The translations under genes and the position numbers were made by a program. Shown here one piece after another: positions 1 through 12,720 of a stretch of 64,000 bases of DNA. Positions within the stretch are counted from its first letter, which is position 1; the number at the start of each line of letters is the position of its first letter. Source of the stretch: Eledone cirrhosa (taxonomy: Eukaryota); NCBI GenBank assembly GCA_964016885.1, contig OZ024743.1, forward strand, positions 374,356,001 through 374,420,000, read 5' to 3'. The notes below the pieces were generated by a model. That model was not told the DNA's origin, searched no databases, and was given only the letters and a program-made list of their open reading frames with translations.

Positions 1-143
1 TTATTTAGGTTTGTTGGTTCACCACTGGATAGAACTGATCATTCCGTATGGTCAACCTCGATGTAATATTATGGAGAGCACTCAACGTAATGCAACTCAC
101 CCGTCTTCGTTTGTGTATTTGGTGATGCGAGTACGAAGTTAAT

Positions 144-473
144 TATTATAAAATAACAGGAGGCTGGACTGGCATAAATCCTTGAAAGGTTTATTATACT
201 ATGATCATTTCAATGACCGGGTTCAGTATGAATCCGGTGATATTATCAGGTATATTCGAGGGCGGCCGACTGAGGTAGAAGCTGCTAAATAGTCGGTTGT
301 CCTCTTGTCTCTGATTTTCAGCTCCATGGATTATCGTCTGTTATATTCCTTTTTATATTTTGAATACCTGATGATATCACCGGATTCATACTGAACCCGG
401 TCATTGAAATGGTCATAGTATAATAACACTTTCAAGGATTTACACTAGTCCAGCCTCCTGTTATTTTATAATA
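144..473. repeat. Inverted repeat (arms ~144-257 and ~362-473) next to (TA)n; PLE-type inverted terminal structure
   Basis: tattataaaataacaggaggctggact...tatcaggtatattc is the reverse complement of gaatacctgatga...cagcctcctgttattttataata. Confidence 0.85.
364..421 (+). ncRNA. Minimal type-I hammerhead ribozyme motif
   Basis: ATAC-CTGATGA-stem II (ACCGG..CCGGT)-GAAA-TGGTCA-TA-GTAT. The mirror copy on the minus strand has palindromic TGATCA but a CTGATAA core. Confidence 0.65.
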
Positions 474-481
474 TATATATA

Positions 482-567
<86 letters not shown>

Positions 568-723
568 TAAAATAACAGATTAACGTTTAAGCAAAGAATC
601 GCTGCTTTCACCCTTAACGGGATCTTCTGAAACTAACAAAGTCAATCTGTAAACGTAGAACTGGATATTTCAAAAAACGTTGCAACCGGAGGAAGACAGG
701 AAGACGATACTTTGGTTCATGGT

Positions 724-990
724 GACGTTCGCTGGCAAAGAACGGGAAAAAACGAATAATACGTCATTAATAGGAGCGGTGAAAGACAATTACGTGCAAG
801 GACAGAACCACGTTTATGGTATAAAAGAGGTCGTAAACTAATGTTCTCTAAATGGTGCATAGAGACGTTCTCTGGCAATGAACGAAAAAACGAAGATAAT
901 AAGTCATATGTGGAGCGTGGAGAACAATAGCGTGCAAAGACAAAACCACGTAAATGGTATAGCAGAAGTCGTAGACTAAAATTCTAACTA
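724..990. repeat. Two diverged ~130-140 bp direct repeats in the PLE 3' region
   Basis: gacgttcgctggcaaagaacg...gtcgtaaacta (724-) vs gacgttctctggcaatgaacg...gtcgtagacta (864-). Confidence 0.75.
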
Positions 991-1562
991 GGAGACCGAA
1001 TGAATCTCCGCTACAGAGTTAAGAACAAAGTAAATAAATACAATACAGAAGTAATAGGAACAAATAAATACATACACGCAAACAGATACGTACATACACA
1101 AGCATACGCCAAACCTTACCATAGGTATACAAAACCACGCACATATAAGTATGTGTATGTGTGTATGCTTGTGTACAAATAAATAAATAATTATATAAAC
1201 GTATATAAGTAAATAAATACGTATATAACAAGCGCGCACACACATACCTACAAATAAATACATGAAGGTTCGGAGACGTTAGTCAACTAAAACAAGAAGT
1301 ACACATAAACACACACCCACCATACGTACGAATCTGCATACTCACGCAGACGCAAAACTCCCATATACACATAACCAAGCCCTAAATACCAGAATATGTA
1401 AAAATTATACGCCAAAACAGTCAAATATACGTACGAGAAGGTATACATACCTTCACAAAACATACGGGTAATATATACTTACCTATGCAAATAAGTAAAG
1501 GAATAAACAAAACATATACTTAGCTCCCACATCAAGACGTAAATATCCACGTATAGATCGTG

Positions 1563-2021
1563 CTATCCGTTAGGGTATAACGTAGGGCTGTAATACAGGA
1601 AAGTTTTGTGCAATTTATGTTTACAAGCCGAAATTGCCTCAGATTTTTTGTTTAAGATGTGGTCTGTGGCGTAGAGTATTTCCAGGGCCTCAGCGGCGCA
1701 GAGGTCACATGGTCTTTTATTTCCGTTATACGATCTAGCCCTAGCTAGGATCTCCCAGTGTAACTTATATTGGGTGTGGTTGTCTTTTAGACTCCAGATA
1801 TAAGCTGAAAGTGACGTCATATTCCTTCTTAGAGGGTAACGAAAAGAATGGGTATGCATGTAAAGACGCTGCTTGAAACTATTGGCGGTTAACCCTATGT
1901 AGGCCCTACGGGACGTGGGTGTTACAATCTTACATTTGTAGACAATGTTACTAGAGAGGCATTTCCCGGATAGGGGACAATCAGCCCGATTCCTACAATT
2001 ACAGTAAATCCTCTCTGGATT
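1563..2021 (-). pseudogene. PLE linker + GIY-YIG endonuclease (open frame)
   Basis: Translation upstream of the listed ORF reads YCNCRNRADCPLSGKCLSSNIVYKCKIVTPTSRRAYIGLTANSFKQRLYMH, continuing to CDLCAAE..LNKKSE..CKH. Confidence 0.88.
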
Positions 2022-2044
2022 TTAGTCTTCAATTTTATTATTAT

Positions 2045-2136
<92 letters not shown>

Positions 2137-2752
2137 TTGTGTGTGTGTGGGAAGAGAACATATATGACATATTAGGTAAAACCATTAATCAACGTAGACT
2201 AGGACAAAAAAGAATAAGTTGTAAGAAGATGTGTTGGAACGATATCAAGTTGAGGAGAATATGTGGTTTGAATACATATTGTGGACTGAGTGGTTTGGCC
2301 ATTAGGACAGGAAGTGGGCAGACAAAAATGTGGCTGTCATAGCAGATAGAAGAAAGGAATGGAATAGCTAACTGGATGCTGTTATAGACGGCTGCCCAAT
2401 TGAAGATTTCTTTACAGGAGTAAAGGTTAGAATTTCATCACCATATATTCATAACTGTATTTATGAAGATTATAGAAGAATTGCAGGAATATTTCGTTAT
2501 ATACTATCGCCTTTCATTAGGTTTATGTATAGGCTTATGTATTTGTTTCTGTATTAAGTGTGAAGTCTCATAAGTTAACAACGCTGTTTTGTATAATAGT
2601 TATTATTAATCCTAAACTATTAAAGTGCATACCAGTATATTTTCTAAAGGCGTTTGCTATATGACCGTCGTTATTCCATGACACCATTAACATGTTGTCT
2701 CGAAAGAACCCGATGCTGAAGTTCGTGAATTCATGCTTTAGTATATCTAGCT

Positions 2753-3258
2753 TGTACAATGCTACTATGTCGTATATGTACAATGCTACTATGTCGTGTA
2801 TGTACAATGCTACTATGTCGTATATGTACAATGCTACTATGTCGTATATGTACAATGCTACTATGTCGTATATGTACAATGCTACTATGTCGTATATGTA
2901 CAATGCTACTATGTCGTGTATGTACAATGCTACTATGTCGTATATGTACAATGCTACTATGTCGTATATGTACAATGCTACTATGTCGTATATGTACAAT
3001 GCTACTATGTCGTGTATGTACAATGCTACTATGTCGTATATGTACAATGCTACTATGTCGTGTATGTACAATGCTACTATGTCGTGTATGTACAATGCTA
3101 CTATGTCGTATATGTACAATGCTACTATGTCGTATATGTACAATGCTACTATGTCGTGTATGTACAATGCTACTATGTCGTGTATGTACAATGCTACTAT
3201 GTCGTATATGTACAATGCTACTATGTCGTGTATGTACAATGCTGCTATGTCGTGTATG
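2753..3258. repeat. 24-bp minisatellite, ~21 copies (TGTACAATGCTACTATGTCGTRTA)
   Basis: Direct inspection; essentially one A/G variable site. Confidence 0.97.
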
Positions 3259-3479
3259 ATCAGATACTGAAGGCAAGTAAGACTGCGGTTCCTCATGTCT
3301 GATGCATGCTGATTTCCTATTAACGGTTAAAGTCGTGCGGATGCGCACGATTATTTTTTATATATGCAAGTGTATATCGTGGCGAATTCTACATCCGTAT
3401 TGGAGTAAGATCTAGATATCGAATGGTAAAAATCTAAATTTAGTACTAGAATTACCTCATTTGCTTCTAAACTGAATGA

Positions 3480-3700
3480 TGATGGTTTCTGATTTAGGCA
3501 CAAGGCCAGAAAATTTGGTGAGGATAAAGTCAATTAAATTGACTCCAGTGCGTGACTGGTACTTTATGTTATCGACTCCATAAGGATTAAAGGCAAAATT
3601 AACCCCGGTGGGATTTGAACTGAAAAAGTAAAGAGCTATAACTCTATGCTGCAAAGCATGGTGTTTGACGCCCTGATGACTCTGCCAATCCATCGCCCCA
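3480..3700 (-). mobile_element. tRNA-derived SINE family 1 (Nin-like core) inserted in the PLE RT
   Basis: Reverse of gttcaaatccc B-box, ttgcctttaatcctt..gtcgataa core and ggccttgtgcctaaatcagaaacc end. Confidence 0.8.
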
Positions 3701-4170
3701 TCGTAATCGTAATGCAAATAGTTCATTTTTTAATCCTAATCATTTTTTCACTGTTGGTGTTAATTTTTCTAAAATACCTTTGCTTATCAACCCTATTTCG
3801 GTTTTCGCTCGTTTATTAACGTATATGGGGTGTTATTAGCGAAGTCTACCTTGTGTTCTTTTACAGTAAAATAATCTCGTACAGCTAGATACTCTCTCCT
3901 CTTATCTAATTTAATTTTAGTTTAGCTATATATTTCGCAGCTTCATTTGTATCGTGGTAAATGTGTACAGAGATGTTTCTATAATTATTGCATATGTTAT
4001 TAAGTAGCCTTCTATGTTCATAATCTACATCACAGATATTTTAAGTTCCATCAGAGAAAACAAACCTTCCTTAAACTAAGCTAATTCTGAACCGTATTAG
4101 ATTGCTTACGAAAGCGGATATTCTAGCTTCGTTGAGATAGTGTTCCGATGTATGCATGTATGTATGTATA

Positions 4171-4888
4171 TTATTCTCTTTCTCTTAATTTCTAGTACAT
4201 TTTTGACCGGCCACCTTCCTGGTGGCAAGGTTGTAAAAGAAAATAAATTGTCATCCCTTGAATCACAAAAATGTTTTGTAAACTTTGAATGTGCCAGATA
4301 TCGCTACCATTTATAGTCAATGAATTAGGGAGCTGCACTCTTTGTCCACAAATCCAAGTTCAGTCATAATCTGGTCCAAGCAAGTTGGAATATAACCTGT
4401 AGCTCCAATAACAATGGGTATGAAGCTGAAGGTGTATCTTGGATAATGGATTTGCAAACTCCTCATCAATGGTCCGTAGATGTCAGTATGTATGTATGTT
4501 ATCTCTTTCTCTTAATTTCGAGTATATTTTTTTTGACCGGCCACCTTCCTGGAGGCAAGGTTGTAAAAGAAAAGAAATTGTCATCCCTTGAATCACAAAA
4601 ATGTTTTTCAAATTTTGAAGGTGCCAGCTATCGCAGCCATTTGTAGACTATGAATTAGGGAGCTGCGCTTTTTGTCCGCAAATCCAAGTTCAGTCATACT
4701 TTGGTCCAAGCGGGTTGGTGTATAACCCGTAGCTCCAATAATGATGGGTATGAAGCTAAAGGTGTATCTTGGATACTGGATTTGTAAACTCCTCATCAAT
4801 GGTCCGTAGATGTCCTCCTTCTCCTGTATTTTTCTGACAACGTTTACATCAAGTGGGCAGCTGATCTCCACAACAGAACACGTTTTCA
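4171..4888 (-). mobile_element. Two 5'-truncated 3'-end copies of Dong/R4 family A (4171-4484 and 4499-4888), each bounded by (TATG)n
   Basis: Homologous to 4959-5350; RLE C-terminus [15 protein letters not shown]. Confidence 0.92.
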
Positions 4889-4958
4889 TGTATGTATGTA
4901 TGTATGTATGTATGTATGTATGTATGTATGTATGTATGTATGTATGTATGTATGTATG

Positions 4959-7900
4959 TTTTCTCTTTCTCTTAATTTCGAGTATATTTTTTTGACCGGC
5001 CACCTTCCTGGTGGCAAGGTTGTAAAAGAAAAGAAATTGTCATCCCTTGAATCGCAAGAATGTTTTGCATATTTTGAAGGTGCCAGCTATCGCAGCCATT
5101 TGTAGACTATGAATTAGGGAGCTGCGCTTTTTGTCCGCAAATCCAAGTTCGGTCATACTTTGGTCCAAGCGGGTTGGTATATAACCCGTAGCACCAATAA
5201 TGATGGGTATGAAGCTAAAGGTGTATCTTGGATACTGGATTTGTAAGCTCCTCATCAATGGTCCGTAGATGTCCTCCTTCTCCTGTATTTTTCTGACAAC
5301 GTTTACATCAAGTGGGCAGCTGATCTCCACAACAGAACACGTTTTCAATGTGTGGTCCCAAACTACAATATCAGGCCGGTTGTGCTTTAATTTGGTGGCA
5401 GTTTTTATTTTCAGGTTCCACCAGTATTCCTTAGTGCCATCTGTCTCAATATATTCTTCCTCGTTTGTTGTTAATTTTGTTTTCCGAAGTGCGTTCCAGA
5501 TAGTTCTAGCTATCCCATCGTGTCTCATGGGGAGGTAGTAGCGAGATGACATTCTTTCGCAGCTGGCAACAATGTGGCTTACATCCTCGATCTTTGTTTT
5601 ACATAGCCTACATTTATTGTCAGCTGCTGGCCCTCCTCTTTTGTGCAGCAGATATTTGGTAGGGAGTTCTTGTTCCTGTATTGCATAGAGATATCCCTCA
5701 AGGTGTGATGTCATAAACTTGTCGGAACTCCATGCCAGGCTTTTTGAGTGGTTTATCCCCTCTATGGTCTGTGTTTTACGCCTCAAGTATCCATGCACAA
5801 CTTTCTCTGTAAATTGGTCAATTTTTTTTTCTTGTTTGAACATTGAATAGGATCTTCCGATTTCTCTGGGTGAGAGATTTATATCAGGCTTTATTCCATA
5901 TCTCTCCTCCAGATCAGTCGCTATTCTAATGATATTTCTTTTTTCATGCTCATAAACCTGAGCAAGATGGTCGCCAACCTTTTTCCTCTGTTGAAGGTGT
6001 TGCTTCAGTGTTACTATCCGGGTCTCATATGTTGTTAATATTGATTTTAGACCCCGGCCACCTTCCTTGCGTGAGAAGTATAGCCTATCCACATCACCAT
6101 TGATGTTAAAGTTCCCAGTAACACTGAGAAGTTTACGAGTTCTAACATCCATCTCACTTAGTTCTTGCAATGACCAGTTCAGTAGGCCAAATGTTGGCGT
6201 TATAATTGGCACAGCATAGGTATTGTGGGCAATGTATTTGTTGTATGCTGACAGTTCTGATGACCATATTTTTTTTACTCTTCTGAGGTATTCAGTTCTG
6301 GTTCTCTCCTTATTTATGGGTCCATCATATCTGACATTCTCATCCTGTCCAAGATATCTGTAGTTGTCACCTGACTGCAGAGGTTGTATTGTCAGGCCGT
6401 TCATATCTAGATTTCTAGAGGAGGGCACAGCTCTTCCACGTTTTACTGCCAAATATGCACACTTGGACTCACCAAATTTCATTTTGATGTCGGTTGAAAA
6501 TTGTGTAATGAGGTCCAATTGTTTCTTGATGTCATTGATATTTGGCCCATACAACTTCAGGTCATCAACAAAGAAAAGATGGGAGATACTTCTGGGCCCA
6601 CTTCTTTGTCCACCTTGTTTCCTGAGTAGGTAAGATAGTGGATTCAGTGAGAGAACGAAGAGTAGTACTGACAAGCTATCACCCTGAAAGATGCCCTTCT
6701 GGTAATGTATCCTATCAGTCTTAACCTGCTCCTTCTCACCTCTAAGGATCAAATTGGTGTACCAGTTCTTGGTCAGGCGTTCAACAGCAGCTACTAATGG
6801 TTGTGGGACTTTAGCTAACTGTAAAGCCTTAATAATCCACCCATGAGGTACACTATCAAATGCTTTTTGATAGTCCAGCCACACGACAGTCATGTTTCTG
6901 CGATTCTTTGTTGTTTTTTCCTGAATCATTTTGTTAGTTAGTAGGTGATCTATGCAACCCCACACCTCCCTCTTTCCACCAGCTTGCTCAGGTGTTATGA
7001 TGTTGTTGGTAGCACAGTGATCCTGTAAGAACAGGTTAAGGCACCCAGTATATAATTTATACATGATGTTTTGGCAGGCAATTGGGCGGTAATTTTTAGC
7101 AAGGGTGGTTTGGCTATTTTGGGGAATGAGGAGAGTAGTGGCAGTTGATAACCATCTGGGCAGTTCTTGTGTGCCCTTAATGGTTTCTGTAAACAGCCGT
7201 ATGAGATCTTGCCGATAGAAAGTGAAATTCTTCAACCAGTATCCTGTAATGAGGTCTGGGCCTGGCGATTTCCTATTCGACATTTTCTGTAGAGCTGTTT
7301 CCAGTATTGACCCATCTATGTCATATTGTTTTGTCTGGACATGTTGGCAGTAGTCCTGTTCCAGTTGTTTTAGCCAATTAGCTTGTCTGTTGAATCCGTC
7401 ATCCGTTTCCCATACAGATCTCCAGTAGTTCTCAACCTGTTCTTTTGAAGGGGTGTCGTTTACAGGGATTGAGCTTTTGCCACCGAAGCTGCGATAAACT
7501 GATTTAGGATCTCTGGCAAACAATCTATTTAGCACTTGTCGTTTATGGGCTGTTGACTTATATTTTAGTCTTTCTGTTGTAGCTGTGAGTTGTTGTTTCA
7601 ACTGGTGTAATTTGGAGTTCAAAGTTTTAAATTTGGTATCTCCAAATCGTCTCTCTAACTTTTTCTTTAGGTCTTCCTGGTGTCGTGTGAAGTTTCTCTC
7701 TATGTTGCATTTCATAACGACTGCGATGTGTGAGATACTTCGTCTCAGGGACAAAATTTTGGTTTTTAAATTTCGCATCCACGCTGGTTCAGGCTTTCTG
7801 TTTGTATCTTGATTGCGTGGTTTTAGATGTGTGTTATATGATAGCAATGTGACAGCTGAAACATATAACAAAACATTGAGCGTTTCAAATGTCGTTTCTA

Positions 7901-8002
7901 CACCTTTAGATCGTATAGCCTTCAGATAATTGCCAGCTATTTCGTTCACCGCTTCCAATTCCAATTTAGTGGGTTCTTTACTGACTCTAGTGTTGTATGG
8001 TC
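4959..8002 (-). mobile_element. R4/Dong-clade non-LTR retrotransposon family A, 5'-truncated, inserted in (TATG)n
   Basis: Uninterrupted RT-CCHC-RLE ORF; (TATG)n at both ends; 3' UTR hairpin GCCACC-AGGAA-GGTGGC. Confidence 0.93.
5040..8002 (-). CDS. RT + CCHC knuckle + restriction-like endonuclease (N-terminus missing; the listed ORF start lies beyond the microsatellite)
   Basis: [66 protein letters not shown]. Confidence 0.92.
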
Positions 8003-8048
8003 TGTATGTATGTATGTATGTATGTATGTATGTATGTATGTATGTATG

Positions 8049-8350
8049 TTCTTCTGGTTTTATAATTTCACAAAGTTTTACCAATAGAGAGAGAGTCGGT
8101 TTCTAACATAGACACAAGACTCTCTCATTGGAATTTACACAACATCAACTAGCTAGATATGTATGTATGTCTGCATGCATGCATGTGTAGATATGGATGT
8201 TATTGTATGTGTGGATGTGTATGTTTTGAGTTGTATGTGTGCATGTGTATATGCTTTGTATCTGTACATGTGTATATGCAGTTATTAGATGCAAAATTTT
8301 TGGAATGTTTTACATATTTTTACTGTTCCATTAATGGATTGTACTTGTGT
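8049..8350 (-). mobile_element. 3' end of a second (TATG)n-associated Dong family (A2)
   Basis: QVQSINGTVKICKTFQKFCI* parallels family [21 protein letters not shown]; different 3' UTR ending in (CATA)n on its own strand. Confidence 0.7.
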
Positions 8351-8409
8351 ATGTATGTATGTATGTATGTATGTATGTATGTATGTATGTATGTATGTAT
8401 GTATGTATG

Positions 8410-9017
8410 TCAGGTCACCAGTTGGTGCTACTGGTAACATGTATCCCAGTACAACCTGTCTCATGGTCGGGTCGTTGGCGACTAAACTGGCAACCCCACC
8501 AAGGTTTCTTGGTGAGGAGGGTAACTTTGGACATCCTGCAGGACTAAAAACAAAACCTGTCAAAGGGCAAGGGAGCTCTTAAGAGTCAATAGCCATCCAA
8601 AATCACCGGGAGAGATGACCCCTTAGCCTTTGTCAAGACAGAATTCTAGGAGAAGGAAAACTCTGATATAACACCTGCAACCCTGATGGTATCCAATGAT
8701 GTTGACTTGTTCTTCTTTTTGGTAAATATCATCTTGGTTAAGAGAGTGGGACTGGCTTTGTGCAGTGCCTTTGCTCACTATAAAAGCTTCACAGCACAGG
8801 CATTGCTTTATATCTGGAGATCTCTCTGCACTTGTCATCACATGGTACCATGGGCCCTGCACTATGTGTAAATAATGGTCACAAGTGTAGTCTTTGTACC
8901 AGAGTTTTCAAGTCGCTGGCTGGACTAAAAAGTCACATTCGTTCAGCGCATCGGTAGGGGTTCTCCTACATAGATATAAAGTAGTGGCCGTACTCGAAAA
9001 CGAGTTGGCAGCCACCA
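8410..9017 (+). mobile_element. Bipartite non-autonomous RTE derivative (RTE-type 5' UTR + 3' end) with (TATG)n tail
   Basis: ctaggagaaggaaaactctga 5' UTR motif; end reads FKSLAGLKSHIRSAHR*, like the RTE at 52254; terminal ggccgtactcgaaaacgagttggcagcc. Confidence 0.8.
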
Positions 9018-9106
9018 TGTATGTATGTATGTATGTATGTATGTATGTATGTATGTATGTATGTATGTATGTATGTATGTATGTATGTATGTATGTATGT
9101 ATGTGC

Positions 9107-9138
<32 letters not shown>

Positions 9139-9145
9139 ATGTATG

Positions 9146-9752
9146 TCAGGTCACCAGTTGGTGCTACTGGTAACATGTATCCCAGTACAACCTGTCTCAT
9201 GGTCGGGTCGTTGGTGACTAAACTGGCAACCCCACCAAGGTTTCTTGGTGAGGAGGGTAACTTTGGACATCCTGCAGGACTAAAAACAAAACCTGTCAAA
9301 GGGCAAAGGAGCTCTTAAGAGTCAATGGCCATCCAAAATCACTGGGAGAGATGACCCCTTAGCCTTTGTCAAAGCAGAAATCTAGGAGAAGGAAAACTCT
9401 GATATAACACCTGCAACCCTGATGGTATCCAATGATGTTGACTTGTTATTCTTTTTGGTAAATATCATCTTGGTTAAGAGAGTGGGACTGGCTTTGTGCA
9501 GTGCCTTTGCTCACTATAAAAGTTTCACGGCACAGGCATTGCTTTATATCTGGAGATCTCTCTGCACTTGTTTTTACATGGTACCATCGGCCCAGCACTA
9601 TGTGTCAATAATTGTCACAAGTGTAGTGTTTGTACCAGTTTTCAAGTCGCTGGCTGGACTAAAAAGTCACACTCGTTCAGCGCATCGGTAGGGGTTCTCC
9701 TACATGGATATAAAGTAGTGGCCGTACTCGAAAACGAGTTGGCAGCTACGAG
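9146..9752 (+). mobile_element. Second tandem copy of the bipartite RTE derivative
   Basis: Near-identical to 8410-9017; separated from it by (TATG)n. Confidence 0.82.
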
Positions 9753-9924
9753 GATGTATGTATGTGTGTGTGTGTGTGTGCATGCATGCATGCATGCATG
9801 CATGTATGTATGTATGTATGTATGTATGTATGTATGTATGTATGTATGTATGTATGTATGTGTGTGGTGTGTGTGTGTGTGTGTGTGTGTATGCATGCAT
9901 GTATGTATGTATGTATGTATGTAT

Positions 9925-10290
9925 GGAAGGCTGCTCAATAAGATATTTTATGTAGAACTAAACAGAGGAAAACGACATTGGCATAAACTAAGAAGGTGGT
10001 TTAAGTGTGTGATAAAAGACAATCTTATAGTTTTGGTGATTGATGTGGATAACCGGGAGGAATTGGCTGAAAACTGTTCAGCTTGGAGAAAGATTGTCAA
10101 GAATAGATGTGGTGTGTTGAAGCAAAAGTGAGTGGAGGACTCTGCTTTGAAGTGTTCACTCCGTCAGCAAGACTTTATCAAAGTAGAGTAAGAAAAGAAA
10201 AGAATAAGTAATAATAAAAAGGTTGGAACGATCCCAAGTTGAAGATCAGATGTGGTTTGGCTGACTTGATCAATCTATGAGCTCACACCT
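9925..10290 (+). mobile_element. Decayed RTE 3' fragment
   Basis: LLNKIFYVELNRGKRHWHKLRRWFKCVIKDNL..EELAENCSAWRK aligns with IPKQLFYGELVKGKRP..KRYKDSLKASL..WENIAADRNKWRK. Confidence 0.75.
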
Positions 10291-10414
10291 CGAAATACAA
10301 AATCAGAACTGACGAAAGGGTATGAATTCACTACGTATAATAATTGTCTCGGTGACGTGAACGATATATAGATAGCTAGAAATAGCAGCCAAAATGTTTC
10401 AACTAAATCAGTTC

Positions 10415-10445
<31 letters not shown>

Positions 10446-10632
10446 TAGGCAAGGCTCCAGTTCGGGAGTTCAGGAGCTGTGGGGAATGTGAATTTACCCC
10501 TTAGTTGTTATCACTCCCAAGTCTGTTCTGGTTCTGTTAGGGCCACATTTTGGGGTTAAATAATTACCTTATTCAAGTGGCGCCCGTAAAGTATATCAGC
10601 CATTGAAAAGAACATCTCGGGAATTTTACCCG

Positions 10633-10698
<66 letters not shown>

Positions 10699-11180
10699 AT
10701 ATACCTACGTATCTATATACACAGTATACTTGCACACACGCATGCACACGCACACATATGCATATGCGCACAATTACACATATAAGTCTGTTGGTCTATG
10801 TATATATAGATAAAGATATGCAAATATGCACTAACAAGATACTATAGAGTTGCCAAGCAACAGATATTTTCACAAAACAAACAAACAACCGAACAAAAAA
10901 CAAAGATAAAATCCACAACTGAAACACAACAAAAGCGAAGCCGAACTAAAATATCGGTACATAATTGGTTATATGACGACATATAAACTCATTAGTTTTA
11001 ACATCATCTGCGCAAGATGATTAATCTTGACACTTCAATACACATAGAGTCAATTTTGATATTAGAGACAGCTTTGTATTTCACATTTATACAGATCCCA
11101 ACAACTACACAACTATAAAAAACTCATTGGAGCAGAAACAACAACAAAGGCTACAACAAAATGAAACAATACAACAACAG

Positions 11181-11240
<60 letters not shown>

Positions 11241-11311
11241 TTTTCTAAACTAATATTTATAGTGTCCGATTATTGTTATAGACATTCAAATTAGGACGAC
11301 AACATTTTACT

Positions 11312-11407
<96 letters not shown>

Positions 11408-11542
11408 AATATATTAAAGTAGAAACTAACAGGTGCGTGTCTTTCTATTGGCAGCATGGAACCTCCCAATTTATAAATTTGCTGCAACACACGTTTTCTG
11501 ATAAGAAATCTTGGAAAACAATTACAAAAACAAAGTGTGTAT

Positions 11543-11600
<58 letters not shown>

Positions 11601-11605
11601 GTATG

Positions 11606-11684
<79 letters not shown>

Positions 11685-11686
<2 letters not shown>

Positions 11687-12092
11687 GTATGTATAGTATA
11701 TTTCGCAATATACCGTATGTTTAATTAAAAACATTTACAAGACCATACGCTATCAGTTTTAAAGAAGTGACTCTCACTTACTTCTTTCCGGCGAAAGAAG
11801 GGAGAGACGCTGACAGTCTGTTTCACGCTGGTTGATGTTCATTAGAGCCACGTACTCCCCTGCCTTCGCCGAAAATTATAGAAGCTGGATTCTTATAGAA
11901 TTCCATTAATAATCAGGAGCTGATTATACAGAGCGATTGCCGGTCCAGCAAAAATTAGGTATTAGGATTGGTGCTCTGAAATAGCGATGTATGCATGTAT
12001 GTATAGTATATTTGGCAATATACCGTATGGTTAATTAAAAACATTTAGAAGACCATATGCTATCAGTTTTAAAGTAGTGACTATGTCACTTA
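11685..12092 (-). mobile_element. Retrozyme-like non-coding unit (310-bp period, ~95-bp direct terminal repeats) with a hammerhead motif at 11809-11848
   Basis: 11685-11780 is repeated at 11995-12092; minus strand reads GCT-CTAATGA-AC..GT-GAAA-CAGACTG-TC-AGC (G5 mutated). Confidence 0.6.
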
Positions 12093-12589
12093 ATAATATA
12101 ATATAGATATAGATTGGTTAATAAATAGATGGATAAACATATAGTTATTTAGCTAACTAGCACGATACATGTATATTTATACAGAGACTTGTGGGTGTCT
12201 GGGGTCTGAATTATGAATGGGTTGAACAAAAAATATGTTTGGATAGTTTAATTTTACTCACATTAGACTCCATTGCTAGCACTCTCTGTCAGTTGCAACT
12301 CCTGGCAGAAACGTTGCCGCGTTTCTAGTGTTAGGAGGTGGGATTTGAACACAAAATGCAAACAGCTGGAATAGATACTATAAAGCAATCCATCCGACAA
12401 TTACAAAAATTCTGGACTGTTTTTTATCGACCCCAAAATGATGGATGGCAAAGTTGACATCAGCTGAATTTGAACTAAGAGCGCAGAGAGTCGGAATAAA
12501 CACTGAGACGTTTAAACTGCCGCTTGAACAACTCTGCCAATTCGTCGCCTGAAGGGAGTGAAAATTAATTAAAACTATTGATGCCATGT

Positions 12590-12720
12590 CAGACGAAGGA
12601 ATAGAGATAAGAGAATTTAATCAAACACAGACGTATACATACTTAAGAATTAATGAAGTCGACAGTGTATACAGCACACACGAATGAGAATAAACAAATC
12701 TGGGAGGGAATATTATAGAC
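12590..12720 (+). mobile_element. Old Dong RT fragment (the only plus-strand one seen)
   Basis: IREFNQTQTYTYLRINEVD..REYYR vs family C IRELDQEKTYKYLGVCEGD..KECYRR. Confidence 0.6.

Larger units (their letters stand above)
565..4140 (-). mobile_element. Decayed Penelope-like element (RT + GIY-YIG), interrupted by a microsatellite, a minisatellite and a SINE
   Basis: Colinear minus-strand remnants: FTVKEHKVDFANN..AKTEIGLISKGILEK (~3760-3880), DFYHSIS (~3420), DIVALYI, IGFFRDNML..LGLIITI..VVNL*DFTLN (~2560-2720), LPNMSYMFSSH (~2150-2185), then the GIY-YIG domain. Confidence 0.75.

Noticed and set aside
2568-3348. Five overlapping repeat ORFs
   Set aside because: Artefacts of a 24-bp tandem unit; only the DIVALYI frame relates to a dead RT
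5040-8084. Prokaryotic retron, group II intron or DGR reverse transcriptase
   Set aside because: CCHC + RHD + RPD restriction-like endonuclease and microsatellite tails identify R4/Dong non-LTR elements
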